Shown here in pieces: positions 27,419-37,267 of a DNA stretch of 59,919 nucleotides (position 1 is its first letter; the number at the start of each line of letters is the position of its first letter). The notes beneath the pieces are model-generated. The model was not told the DNA's origin, ran no database searches, and saw only the letters and a list, made by a program, of their open reading frames with translations. Source of the DNA: an uncultured Methanospirillum sp. (GTDB taxonomy: Archaea; Halobacteriota; Methanomicrobia; Methanomicrobiales; Methanospirillaceae); contig CAZWTX010000013.1 of the NCBI GenBank assembly GCA_964637135.1, forward strand, positions 1 to 59,919, written 5' to 3'. Made by a program: the position numbers and the translations under genes.

Positions 27419-28404
27419 CGCCGTCTCCGCTGCCGCCGGTACTGCCGGGTGAATTGCTCCCCGTCTTCTGTTCGCATCTTCTTTCCCGTATGATGGAGAA
27501 AAACGTCGTTTAACGTAGGTTCCCGGATGGTGACATGGGTAACCTCGATCCCGGCATCGCGGGCTGCGGTAAGGATCCCGGTGACATCCTGTCCGGCATG
27601 CCTGACCGAGAGGATGACCTGCCCGTTCTCAACGCGGGTCTCCCTGATTGCCGGATGACCGTCAAGAACCCGGGCGATGAGAACAGGAGACGGACTCCGG
27701 ATCGCTACCTGTTCCCCGTCAAGGGATCGTTTCAGGTTCTCCGGGGTGTCCTGGATCGTGATCCGTCCATGGTCGATGATCGCGATCTCGTCGCAGAGAA
27801 GATCTGCCTCGTCCATGTAATGAGTCGTGAGGAGGATCGTCAGATCCCCGCCTTTTGTTCTCGTCAGGTCACGGATGTATTCCCAGATGTGCTCCCTTGT
27901 CTGGGGATCGAGACCGATAGTCGGCTCGTCGAGAAAAAGAATCCGGGGATGGTGCACAAGCCCCCTGGCCATCTCCAGGCGGCGGATCATTCCCCCCGAA
28001 TAGGTCCTGACCAGATCGTCAGCCCGGTCATCAAGTTCGAGGAGCCGGAGCATGGTATCGATCCGGTCATCAATCTCCCCGTCCGGTACATCGTAAAGCA
28101 TGGCATGGAATTTCAGATTCTCCCGGCCGGTGAGGCGGTCATCCACCGAGATACTCTGGAAGACGATCCCGATACTGCTCCTGACCTCTTCTGACTGGTG
28201 GAGAATGTCATACCCGTTGACCGTTGCCGTTCCAAAGCTCGGGATCATGACCGTACAGAGCATCGAGAGAAGGGTACTTTTCCCTGCTCCGTTCGGCCCG
28301 AGCAGACCGAATATCTTCCCCTTCGCCACCCTGATATCCAGGGAGTCGACAGCAGTCAGCGTTCCGAATTTTTTCGTTAATTGACAGGTTTCAATCGCAT
28401 ACAT
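27415..28404 (-). CDS. DrrA-type ABC exporter ATPase
   Basis: GPNGAGKS, YSGGM, LFLDEPT.GLDPQ, TTHYMDEAD, C-terminal PTLNDVFL. Confidence 0.93.
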   Translation of the reverse strand: MYAIETCQLTKKFGTLTAVDSLDIRVAKGKIFGLLGPNGAGKSTLLSMLCTVMIPSFGTATVNGYDILHQSEEVRSSIGIVFQSISVDDRLTGRENLKFHAMLYDVPDGEIDDRIDTMLRLLELDDRADDLVRTYSGGMIRRLEMARGLVHHPRILFLDEPTIGLDPQTREHIWEYIRDLTRTKGGDLTILLTTHYMDEADLLCDEIAIIDHGRITIQDTPENLKRSLDGEQVAIRSPSPVLIARVLDGHPAIRETRVENGQVILSVRHAGQDVTGILTAARDAGIEVTHVTIREPTLNDVFLHHTGKKMRTEDGEQFTRQYRRQRRRR

Positions 28405-28542
28405 GGAAGGAGAGATCCTCGCCGGGAATTCAATGGCGATAAGGGAGAGAGTTCCTATGCCGGATACCACCGGGTATCCCGAGTATATTATATTCTGATT
28501 ACAATGCTGAAAAGTATTCTGAAACTGGTTATCTCATCACTA

Positions 28543-28731
28543 TGCGATGTCCTCTTCAATGTCCTCTGCCAGATGAACATCTACCCTGATATCAGGGTCA
28601 GGGAACTGGAGCAGACAAAGATCTTTTCCACCCTTACCGAGGCGGTTGAGGATACCCGGCGCCAGCTTAGGTGTACTCCTGACCACGATGACCTCATCAG
28701 GGATTTCCTCGCCGGCGAACTGGTCAGAAAG
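28543..28731 (+). pseudogene. Remnant C-terminal fragment of a class I SAM methyltransferase
   Basis: DVLFNVLCQMNIYPDI...FSTLTEAV...LIRDFLAGEL aligns with LVILHVLHDLGIYANV...YDDLDEAV...ILREYLAETL of 30725-31540; no SAM-binding half. Confidence 0.65.
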
Positions 28732-28758
28732 TCACGGGACCATTCTAAGAAGAGGGAT

Positions 28759-29610
28759 TCACCCCTCCACCGGGGTACTCTCATCCCCGACGTGTACCGG
28801 TTCATAACCAGAAGGAACCAGGCATTCATGCTCAAAGAGCTGGTGGAGGGGAATGATCACCGGATTCCCGCTCACGTGGTCCCTCACCTCGGCCTCGACC
28901 CCGTAGACCTCGGCGATATGCTCAGGAGTGAGAACCTCACGTGGAGAGCCTGCAACATGTATCTCTCCTTTCTTCATTAGGACAATGAGATCAGAGTACC
29001 GCGAGGCCATGTTCAGGTCATGGACCGCCATGAGTGCGGTGATCCCCTGTTTTTCCACGAGGCCGGAAACAATTCGCATCACGTCAAGCTGGTGCCAGAT
29101 GTCCAGGTTCGAGGTCGGTTCGTCAAGGAGCATCATGTCGGTATCCTGGACTAGTGACCGGGCAATCAGCACTTTCTGTTGCTGCCCCCCGGAGAGCTCG
29201 TTAAACTGGTTCAGGGCGATATCCTCAAGGCCGAGGAGATCTATCACGTCCCAGACCCGTTCTTCGTCCTCTCCCGAACTCGCCCAGCCGAGATGGGGCC
29301 TTCTGCCCATCAGGATCATATCAAAAACCGAGTGGGGAAAGACCCTGACAGAACTCTGCGGGACATACGAAATCTTCCTTGCCAGACTCTTCCGGTCCAG
29401 GGCGGAGATATTCTCATCATCAATAACAATCTCTCCCCCCTGGGGGGTAAGGATCCGGTCGACACATTTCAGGAACGTGGACTTTCCGGATCCATTCGGC
29501 CCGAGGATCGCCACAAGCGCTCCCTTCGGGATGTCCATGCACATACGGGAGAAGATCTGCCGGGAGGGATAGGAAAAATCCAGATCCCGGACGCCAAGCT
29601 TGATGTTCAT
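28759..29610 (-). CDS. FecE/BtuD-type ABC importer ATPase
   Basis: GPNGSGKS, LSGGQQQK, LLDEPTSNLD, HDLN. Confidence 0.93.
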   Translation of the reverse strand: MNIKLGVRDLDFSYPSRQIFSRMCMDIPKGALVAILGPNGSGKSTFLKCVDRILTPQGGEIVIDDENISALDRKSLARKISYVPQSSVRVFPHSVFDMILMGRRPHLGWASSGEDEERVWDVIDLLGLEDIALNQFNELSGGQQQKVLIARSLVQDTDMMLLDEPTSNLDIWHQLDVMRIVSGLVEKQGITALMAVHDLNMASRYSDLIVLMKKGEIHVAGSPREVLTPEHIAEVYGVEAEVRDHVSGNPVIIPLHQLFEHECLVPSGYEPVHVGDESTPVEG

Positions 29611-30728
29611 TGCCAGAACTCCTTTCTTTTTCCTTTCAGCACGAGGTAGAGGAAGAACGGAACCCCGAGCAGGGCAGTCATGATACCGGTCGGGATGATC
29701 GTCGGGCCGATGATGTTCATCGCAACGGCATCGGCGGCAATCAGGAGAACGGCTCCGAGAATGCCGGCTGCCGGGATGAGGATCCGGTGATCGGTTCCGA
29801 TCAGCATCCGGGCGATATGCGGTGAGACAAGCCCGATAAACCCGATGGTCCCGGTGAAACAGACGATGGTCGCAACAAGTACCGAGGCGACCATCATGGT
29901 CAGCATCCTGACCCGGTTTGCATCCACGCCGAGGCTCTTTGCCGAGTCATCCCCGATGGTCATGAGATTGAGATCCTGCGCCTTCGCGAGAAGGATCGGC
30001 GTGCATATGGCGAATATCGCGATGAACAAGCCGAACTTCCCCCAGGAGAACGCTGAGAGATCGCCCATCCCCCACAGGGTCATCAGCCTGAGTTGTTCAT
30101 CGCTGGCAAAGTACGCCATGAGCTGCGAAAGCGAAGAGAAGAGGTAGTTCACCGCTATGCCGGCCAGGATCAGTGTTTCTGATGTCGCCCCCTTCCATGC
30201 CGCAAGCGATACGATGAAGAGGGAACAAAGCATCGCAAAGAGGAACGCATTCGCGATAAGGAGATATGCCCCGCCGATAACAGAAATCCCGAAGACGGCC
30301 GCGATGGCAACCCCGAAATGGGCACCTGATGAAATGCCGAGGGTAAACGGGCTTGCAAGCGGGTTTTTCAGCACCGCCTGCATCACACAACCACATATCC
30401 CAAAGCCGAAACCGGCAAAGATCCCCCCGATGATCCGGGGGAACCGGATGTTCCAGACCACCTGTTCAAACACCGGGTCCATGGTCAGGTACCCCGGCAG
30501 GTACCGTGCGAGGAGGGTCACATATACCTGGGGAATGGTCAGGCCGAGCGGACCAAGGGTGATGATATATCCGACGGCAAGGATAATCAGCCCGATAATT
30601 ACGCAGATGAACAGGACCTTGCGTCCCATGAGCTGCCGGTACTCGCTCCGGACAGCTTCGAGTTTCTCCTGCCGCTGCTCCCGATGCCTGATGGCTGCGT
30701 CTGATACCGGTTCGTAGCGGGAACTCAT
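29607..30728 (-). CDS. FecCD/BtuC-family permease
   Basis: IRFPR, QAVLKNPLASPFTLG.SSGA, G.IGFIGL..PH.AR; 4-nt stop/start overlaps on both sides. Confidence 0.93.
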   Translation of the reverse strand: MSSRYEPVSDAAIRHREQRQEKLEAVRSEYRQLMGRKVLFICVIIGLIILAVGYIITLGPLGLTIPQVYVTLLARYLPGYLTMDPVFEQVVWNIRFPRIIGGIFAGFGFGICGCVMQAVLKNPLASPFTLGISSGAHFGVAIAAVFGISVIGGAYLLIANAFLFAMLCSLFIVSLAAWKGATSETLILAGIAVNYLFSSLSQLMAYFASDEQLRLMTLWGMGDLSAFSWGKFGLFIAIFAICTPILLAKAQDLNLMTIGDDSAKSLGVDANRVRMLTMMVASVLVATIVCFTGTIGFIGLVSPHIARMLIGTDHRILIPAAGILGAVLLIAADAVAMNIIGPTIIPTGIMTALLGVPFFLYLVLKGKRKEFWQ

Positions 30729-31540
30729 GCGGCAGAAGGCTCCTTTTCCCACCAGATTCGTGCCCGCCATCCTCCACGGGTCAGGGAGAGTCTTCCATCC
30801 CCGACGGGAATGAGGGTCTCTGCGAGGTACTCCCTGAGTATCGGGATCTCATCCTCGCTGAGAGCATACCGCTCACCCCACCAGGAAACTGCTTCATCCA
30901 GATCATCGTAGGTGTGGGTATTCTTCACCGGTTCCACCATGACATTCGCATAGATCCCGAGATCATGGAGCACATGGAGGATGACGAGATAATCAGCCCA
31001 GACACCCTCCTGGTTCTCCCGGCCAAGCCGTTCTGCGAGTCCGTGATCCATCGGGTGCCGGGTTTTGCCCGCAAACCAGAGGATGTGAACCGATCGCCGG
31101 GCTGCCTCGTCCAGTTTTTTCAGGCCAGCCGCGATATCAGGAAACCCGAGCGAGTTTGAGGCAAAGACGACATCGTGCACAGGAATATCCCGGCCGATCT
31201 CAATATCCTCCCACCGCTTCCTGATCCACGAGTAGTTCGATAACCCGGCCTCCTGCATGCCTTTTTCCAGATATGAACCCATTCCGGTGGATGGCTCAAG
31301 GGCGGTCAGGTGGGAGACCTCCCTGGCCATCGGAACGGCAAACCGCCCGGTACCGGCTCCCATGTCAAGAACCATATCAGTTGCCCGGAGACCGAGGAGT
31401 GGGATCACCCGGCCTGCTTCTTCCGAACCGGAAACAGCACGGAAAAAGGAATGGGCACGCTTGTCCCATTCAACGCCCCCGGAATGGTTCCGCTGGTGGA
31501 GGAGACGCCAGAGCTCGTTGTAATTGATTATGCCGTTCAT
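30725..31540 (-). CDS. Class I SAM-dependent methyltransferase
   Basis: VLDMGAGTG motif I, LEPS..M, RWEDI; translationally coupled inside the importer operon. Confidence 0.9.
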   Translation of the reverse strand: MNGIINYNELWRLLHQRNHSGGVEWDKRAHSFFRAVSGSEEAGRVIPLLGLRATDMVLDMGAGTGRFAVPMAREVSHLTALEPSTGMGSYLEKGMQEAGLSNYSWIRKRWEDIEIGRDIPVHDVVFASNSLGFPDIAAGLKKLDEAARRSVHILWFAGKTRHPMDHGLAERLGRENQEGVWADYLVILHVLHDLGIYANVMVEPVKNTHTYDDLDEAVSWWGERYALSEDEIPILREYLAETLIPVGDGRLSLTRGGWRARIWWEKEPSAA

Positions 31541-32667
31541 GCAAACTGTCTGGCCGGATATTCAAGGTAATCCATGTACTCGGAGAATACCCCGTCAACA
31601 CCGAGGAATTTCTTCATGATCGCATTCCCTTCCGCCTCGAGATCGATGCCGCTGAATTTATCCGGGTAGAGGAGCTTACCGAGGTAGAACATGTTGATCA
31701 GGTTCCGGTCATGGGGTGATCCCCGACAGTTCGGGTAAAGTGCGTTGAAGACCTGTTTTTCCTGTACTGCTTTGATGGACTGGAGTTCTGGTGCCTCAAG
31801 GATGAAATCAACCCCTGAATCTTCAGGAGTTGAAGCGGCAACCAGGATGACATCCGGGTTCCAGGCGATGATCTGCTCGATGGCGACATTCACGTTTCCA
31901 TCTGCCGCTTCCCGTGCGACATTGATCCCGCCGGCAAGGGTGAGGGGCTCATATTTGTTATCTGTACGGGTGAAATCCCGCCCTTCTTTTGCATCGTAGA
32001 ACCCCTTCATTGCCCCGCGGGTTGCATAGTAAACCCGTTTCTTCTCGTTTTCAGGGATGGTCGAAGAGATATCAGTGACCTTCTTCACTTCCTGATCGAT
32101 GAATGCAGTCAGTTCGGCTGCCTTCGCCTCTTTTCCGAGCACCTCCCCGACGGCAGTGATGTGCTTCTTCATATCATCGATATTGTAACCGGATGCGGCA
32201 ACAAAGACGGGAACTCCGACATGCTCCTGGACCTCCTCGGCATCCTTATCTGAGGACATGAGGATCAGGTCAGGCTTGAGCGAAGCCATCAGTTCCTGGT
32301 TCATGGTATACCGGGTATTGGTCATCGGGAGGTTGTTCAGGCCACCGGAAACAACACCTTCCCAGCAGGCATCGCAGATCGTCTCGTTGTTCGAGTCGAG
32401 GAAACAGACACACCCGGAGCAGCCTGCACCGGTAGAGCATTCGTCAGAGGCAACCAGCTTTGCCCCGTCTCCGAGCGCGATCACAATCCTCGTGTTATCA
32501 GGGTTGTTCGTGATGATCCGCTCGATAGGCTTCTCGATGGTAACCGTCCGTCCGGCAAGATCGGTCACGGTCCGGGGATATGAATCATCAGCTGAAACCG
32601 GGAGAACAAGCAACCCGATCACCAGAATCAGTAATAATGAAAGAAAAATTCCAAATTTTTTATACAT
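31537..32667 (-). CDS. Class III (BtuF/FhuD-like) metal-chelate binding protein with Cys-rich insert
   Basis: Signal peptide; TVTD.AGRTVTI, LKPDLI, EQIIAWNPDVI, GKLLYP. Confidence 0.9.
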   Translation of the reverse strand: MYKKFGIFLSLLLILVIGLLVLPVSADDSYPRTVTDLAGRTVTIEKPIERIITNNPDNTRIVIALGDGAKLVASDECSTGAGCSGCVCFLDSNNETICDACWEGVVSGGLNNLPMTNTRYTMNQELMASLKPDLILMSSDKDAEEVQEHVGVPVFVAASGYNIDDMKKHITAVGEVLGKEAKAAELTAFIDQEVKKVTDISSTIPENEKKRVYYATRGAMKGFYDAKEGRDFTRTDNKYEPLTLAGGINVAREAADGNVNVAIEQIIAWNPDVILVAASTPEDSGVDFILEAPELQSIKAVQEKQVFNALYPNCRGSPHDRNLINMFYLGKLLYPDKFSGIDLEAEGNAIMKKFLGVDGVFSEYMDYLEYPARQFA

Positions 32668-32726
32668 GATGCACCAGAATTCAGACTTTTTACATTTTCA
32701 TCACATGCAACAGTGATGATACAGAG

Positions 32727-32762
32727 AAAAGTATTACCACAACATCAATAAGAGTTACTTTT
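32727..32762. promoter_or_regulatory. Putative NikR-like operator
   Basis: AAAA-GTATTA-N16-AGTTAC-TTTT; 28-bp core at 32731-32758, about 64 nt upstream of the binding-protein start. Confidence 0.5.
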
Positions 32763-32940
32763 TAGAACATTCGTAACAATTGTAAAGAAATAATCATTGC
32801 CAGGTACCTGTCAGGATGCCTGAAACCCGGATGAATTGCCTGGATAAAATCCGGATATCCGGGTTAAAACTGCGATGGGAAGTCATTCCTGGAATCCTGG
32901 AAGATCCTGGATCGCTCTGCCATCGTCCGTATCCGGTTTT

Positions 32941-33777
32941 TTACGTGACCTCTGCCGTCTCAATCGTACGGAGAGCCGCGTAAAAAGCGATTGCCGCAAT
33001 GAGGCACAGGTACCCGAAGGAGAGGAGGATCTCACCGGCTGAATACTGGAACTCCATCCCGATAGCACTGAAATGACTTCCCACGGTGCAGAACCTGACC
33101 CCGGTTGTCAAATGGGTCAGGGGATTGACAATGGCTAACTGCTGAAGAATCACCGGGAGCCCTTCCATCGGGTAGAGAGAGTTTGACATGAAGAAGAGCG
33201 GCATGGTCAGGAGGGTTGCAACTCCCTGGAACCCCTCCGGGGAATCGATCTTCAGGGCAAGCGTGAGCGAGATGCAGATGAAGCCTGCCGAGAAGATCCC
33301 GACAAAGGCAAGCAGTCCGGCAAGGGAAAGGAGGATAGTGAGGGGATCGGCTCCCGGGAAAAAGTCTACCCCGAGTACAAGCCCGAAGACGAGAATGATA
33401 ACGGCCTGGATCCAGGCTTTCGTCACCCCTGAAAAGGCAAGTCCGGAGATGATATTCCTGCGCCGGATGGGGCTTGCCATCACCTCGCGCATAAGCCCCC
33501 AGTTTTTATCGAAAAGGACGAAAAACCCCCCGAATATGCTCGTAAAGAGCACGGTGGCCGAGATGATCCCGGCACACATGAATGTCAGGTAATCCACCGC
33601 CAGAACACCCGGAAACGAGACATCGCCGCCAAGAATCCGGTCAAAGTTCCCTGCCATCGCCATCCCGAAGAAGGCCAGCCATAACACCGGCTGGAGGAGA
33701 GAAGAGAGGAGTTGATGTTTGAACTTGACGAACCGACGCATGTCGCGTTTATAAATGGTAAAGAAACCGTTTGCCAT
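32941..33777 (-). CDS. ABC-2 (DrrB-type) exporter permease
   Basis: TM helices; DKNWGLMREVMASP, NPLTH. Confidence 0.9.
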   Translation of the reverse strand: MANGFFTIYKRDMRRFVKFKHQLLSSLLQPVLWLAFFGMAMAGNFDRILGGDVSFPGVLAVDYLTFMCAGIISATVLFTSIFGGFFVLFDKNWGLMREVMASPIRRRNIISGLAFSGVTKAWIQAVIILVFGLVLGVDFFPGADPLTILLSLAGLLAFVGIFSAGFICISLTLALKIDSPEGFQGVATLLTMPLFFMSNSLYPMEGLPVILQQLAIVNPLTHLTTGVRFCTVGSHFSAIGMEFQYSAGEILLSFGYLCLIAAIAFYAALRTIETAEVT

Positions 33778-33785
33778 GATTCACC

Positions 33786-34727
33786 TCAGCCACGCAGGGC
33801 CCGGCCCGTGTAATGGAGAAATACATCATCCATGGTTGGCTTTTTCAGATTCACTGATTTCACCGGGATACCGGCTTCATCCAGGCAAAGGATCAGCCGG
33901 GGAAGGATCTTCCGGCCGTCCTCCTTCGTCATTACAAGAATCCCTCCCTCACGCTGCCTGATCTCCCCGATTCCGGGTAGGTCGGCGATCAGGGCAGATG
34001 CCTGTCCGTTGTCCTCCGTCTCGAGGTACATGATATCGGTGCCAAGACTGTTCTTCAATTCCCAGGGAGTTCCCTCTATGATGATCTCCCCGTGATCGAC
34101 GATTGATATCCGGTCTGAGAGGAGATCGGCTTCGTCCATGTAATGGGTCGTCAGGAAGATCGTCGTTCCTTCTTCGTTGACAGACCGGAGATACTCCCAG
34201 GTCCTCCGCCGGGTCTGGGGATCAAGCCCAATCGTCGGCTCGTCAAGGAAGAGAATTTCAGGCCGTGTCATAAGCCCCCGGGCGATCTCAAGTCTCCGTT
34301 TCATCCCGCCCGAGAGATCGTGGGTTAGGGTATCTGCCTTTTCAGTGAGTTCCACGAGGGAAAGGAGTTCATCGATCCGCTTTTCTTTCTCCCGCCGGTC
34401 CATCCCGTAGAGGTCACCGTGGAAATCGAGGATTTCACGGACCGTCATGTCCTTGTCAAGCGTGATCGCCTGGAAGACAATCCCGATCGCCTCACGGACC
34501 TGCTGACGCCCGGTCCGGAGATCATGGCCGGCAACGCTCACCTCCCCTTCCTGGAGGGGGAGGAGGGTGATCAGCACATTAATGGCAGTGCTTTTCCCGG
34601 CCCCGTTCGGACCAAGAAGGGAGAATATCTCCCCTTTGCGGACGATCAGGCTGACATCCCTGACCGCCTTCACCTCCCCGTACGCATGCGAGAGGCGGGA
34701 TACTGTAAGTATTGGAGGTTCATTCAT
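33786..34727 (-). CDS. DrrA-type ABC exporter ATPase
   Basis: GPNGAGKS, LSGGMKRR, LFLDEPT, TTHYMDEAD. Confidence 0.93.
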   Translation of the reverse strand: MNEPPILTVSRLSHAYGEVKAVRDVSLIVRKGEIFSLLGPNGAGKSTAINVLITLLPLQEGEVSVAGHDLRTGRQQVREAIGIVFQAITLDKDMTVREILDFHGDLYGMDRREKEKRIDELLSLVELTEKADTLTHDLSGGMKRRLEIARGLMTRPEILFLDEPTIGLDPQTRRRTWEYLRSVNEEGTTIFLTTHYMDEADLLSDRISIVDHGEIIIEGTPWELKNSLGTDIMYLETEDNGQASALIADLPGIGEIRQREGGILVMTKEDGRKILPRLILCLDEAGIPVKSVNLKKPTMDDVFLHYTGRALRG

Positions 34728-34823
34728 GGGTTCACCCGCAGGGAATTTCTCCGGTTTCCAGTTTTTCGCTAGTATCGGCTGTAATCCGTTTCCGACAGGT
34801 GATCAAGGCCTGTTCAGCCCGTG

Positions 34824-36269
34824 TTATTCACCGGAGCACGAGTCCGGATCCCGGCCGCTCCGGGTATCAGAGTACTCATAATGCTTCCTGAGGAAATTGA
34901 GGATCTTCTCTGATTCCGCCCAGCGCCGGTCAATCTGGGTCACCATTTTATCGATCTCTCCTACCTGTTCACGAATCCTGGCGGTGAGATCCGGATCACC
35001 GGAGAGCTCAACGTATCCTGATATCACCATGAGGGGATTTCTGATCCCGTCGTTCAGGATGGCAAGCTGGGCAAGGTTCTGTTGGATCTGATTTCCGGCA
35101 GCGTCCCGTTCCTGGATCAGCCTGAGCCGGCCGGTGATATCCTGCCCCTGGGCTATAGTAGCGACCGGGTGAAGTCCGTCCCGCTCGTACAGGGTTGCGA
35201 GGTTCCACTGGACTGTCCTGACTGAACCATCCGCATGGAGAATGTCGACTTCGACGGCCTCACGGCATTGCCGGGTGGAGACTTCCTCGATCAGCGCCAT
35301 CGACTCATCTGCCTTCGCGGGAGGGAAGAGAAGACGAAGATTCCTGCCGATGACCTCTTCGGCACTTCTCCCGATAAGGTTCTCACCGGTCCGGTTCATC
35401 CGGGTGATGTGGAATTCAGGATCCCAGATGAGGATCGGAACCGAGGCGATCGATATGAGGTTCTCAAGGTAAAGGTTTGTCTCGCGGACCCGCTCTTCGA
35501 TTGCTTTCCGTTCGGTGATATCAAGATCCGTCCCGAAGACGAGATTTCGCCCCTCATAGTCGCCGATAATACGCTGTGCCTGTGACTGGATGTACCGAAG
35601 CTCACCACTGTCAGCCTTAAAAATCCGCATATCGATATTGAATGGCTCTCCATTTGCTAAGAGCCGGTCAAACATCTTTTTTGCGAGCTCCAGATCATCA
35701 GGGTGGATACGAGCCGCAACCTCCTCCAGGGAAACCTGTTGTCCGGGAGCATACCCGTGGATCCGGTGGATCTCTTCTGACCCGGTGAACTTTTTGGTAT
35801 CAATATTATAGGTCCAGCTCCCGATATGGGCAACCTTCTGGCTTCGTTTCAGGTAGGCAAGGATTCGTTTCAGGGCCCGCTCCGATTTTCTCCGTGATAC
35901 GGCATACCGGATCTTGCTTGCAAGATCGGTGAACTCAACCCGGGGTTTCCCGGATTTCTGGATATAAAAGTCAGCCCCCTTGTTGAGGGCATCGATGACC
36001 ACCTCCTCGCGTCCCCTCCCGGTATAGATAATAAACGGGGTGGTATCCCCTTTTGACTTAAGAATGGTGAGGAGTTCTATCCCGTCCATCTCAGGCATGA
36101 AATAATCAGAGACGATGGCATCGAATGTGGTATTCTCAAGGAGAATGAGTGCCTCGCTAACCCCTAGGGCAGTGGTAACGATGAACCCTGTTCCTTCCAG
36201 GAATGATTTCCCCAGATTGAGGAGATCGGGCTCATCATCAATGAACAGTACATGAACCATATCAGCCAT
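34824..36269 (-). CDS. REC-PAS-PAS signalling protein with degenerate HisKA tail
   Basis: IDDE, SDYFMP, YTGRG, YIQK receiver; PAS/PAC motifs (IHPDD, DITERK); LNDGIRNPL with no ATPase domain. Confidence 0.88.
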   Translation of the reverse strand: MADMVHVLFIDDEPDLLNLGKSFLEGTGFIVTTALGVSEALILLENTTFDAIVSDYFMPEMDGIELLTILKSKGDTTPFIIYTGRGREEVVIDALNKGADFYIQKSGKPRVEFTDLASKIRYAVSRRKSERALKRILAYLKRSQKVAHIGSWTYNIDTKKFTGSEEIHRIHGYAPGQQVSLEEVAARIHPDDLELAKKMFDRLLANGEPFNIDMRIFKADSGELRYIQSQAQRIIGDYEGRNLVFGTDLDITERKAIEERVRETNLYLENLISIASVPILIWDPEFHITRMNRTGENLIGRSAEEVIGRNLRLLFPPAKADESMALIEEVSTRQCREAVEVDILHADGSVRTVQWNLATLYERDGLHPVATIAQGQDITGRLRLIQERDAAGNQIQQNLAQLAILNDGIRNPLMVISGYVELSGDPDLTARIREQVGEIDKMVTQIDRRWAESEKILNFLRKHYEYSDTRSGRDPDSCSGE

Positions 36270-36520
36270 AATCCAACCATTCGATGCCACGGGGCCCCAC
36301 TGGTGATACCCCCGCTGTGAAGGGCCCTGCCAGGGTAAGTCCGCTCCTGAGAGTGGATCAGGAACGATCATGATAGTATTGTTCTGATATGAAAGATACA
36401 TTCTTTTAGTATCTGCCGGGATATCCCTGACTCAGGACGGAAAAACCACCGGCACATTCAGGATATGCTGATCCGGAGAATCCCGGGTGAAAAAAGAAGG
36501 GAAACTGTGAATCCCCGGAA

Positions 36521-37153
36521 TCAGGACTCCTCCATGGTGCCATACTGGCTGTTTGCTTCATCAAGGCCGTCGAGCAGGGCCTGGTATGCCTCCTCGTCGT
36601 CGGCACCGGAGTTCTCATAACTCGTGATCGCTTTTTCAAAGAGTCCGATTGCCTCTTTAAACTGGTTCAGTTCAAGAGAACAGCGGGCCTTTCCCCCGTA
36701 CGCCATCCAGACTCCCTCGCTGGTCGATCGGTATCCAAGAGCCGTATCATACGCATCAATGGCGCTCTGGTACCGTTTCAGTCCCTCAAGAGCCTGTGCT
36801 TTTCCGAGCCATCCGTCAAATGATTTCGGTTTTATGGCAATCGCACTCTCGTATGCCTTGATCGCTTCACGGTATGCACCACCTGAAAGGGCGGTATTGC
36901 CCTCATCGATGTAATTCGCATACGTCGGGTCAGGAGTCACGGTCGGAAGCGGTCCGCCGATAACATCTGACATGAGGAAGGTGTCCGTTGCTCCTTCGGC
37001 AACCCGCTTATTATACAACCAGGTTGGCATATGCATGAAACCGCCGGTCATACCGTCTTCATCAGCCGTGGCGGCAACTACCAGGAATGATAACCCGGAG
37101 ACGAGGAGGACCATGAGAACCAGCCCGTACCGGAATGGGGTATCTGGATACAT
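36521..37153 (-). CDS. Secreted TPR protein
   Basis: Signal peptide; three TPR motifs. Confidence 0.8.
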   Translation of the reverse strand: MYPDTPFRYGLVLMVLLVSGLSFLVVAATADEDGMTGGFMHMPTWLYNKRVAEGATDTFLMSDVIGGPLPTVTPDPTYANYIDEGNTALSGGAYREAIKAYESAIAIKPKSFDGWLGKAQALEGLKRYQSAIDAYDTALGYRSTSEGVWMAYGGKARCSLELNQFKEAIGLFEKAITSYENSGADDEEAYQALLDGLDEANSQYGTMEES

Positions 37154-37267
37154 AGTCTAATCTCGCTTTCCTCAAAGACAAGGTTTCTCCTCCCGGACAG
37201 GAGCGGTAGGAAAGAAAGGACCGGAAGAAGGCTGAATGCATCTCCCGGCGCAGGATATATCAGGGAT

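Noticed and set aside
28381..28980. 199-aa plus-strand ORF as a real gene
   Set aside because: Both ends are antisense to ABC ATPase genes; only the central ~63 codons show homology and are reported as a remnant
32851..32862. Palindrome CCGGATATCCGG
   Set aside because: CCGG and GATATC words are very frequent in this sequence, so chance occurrence is likely
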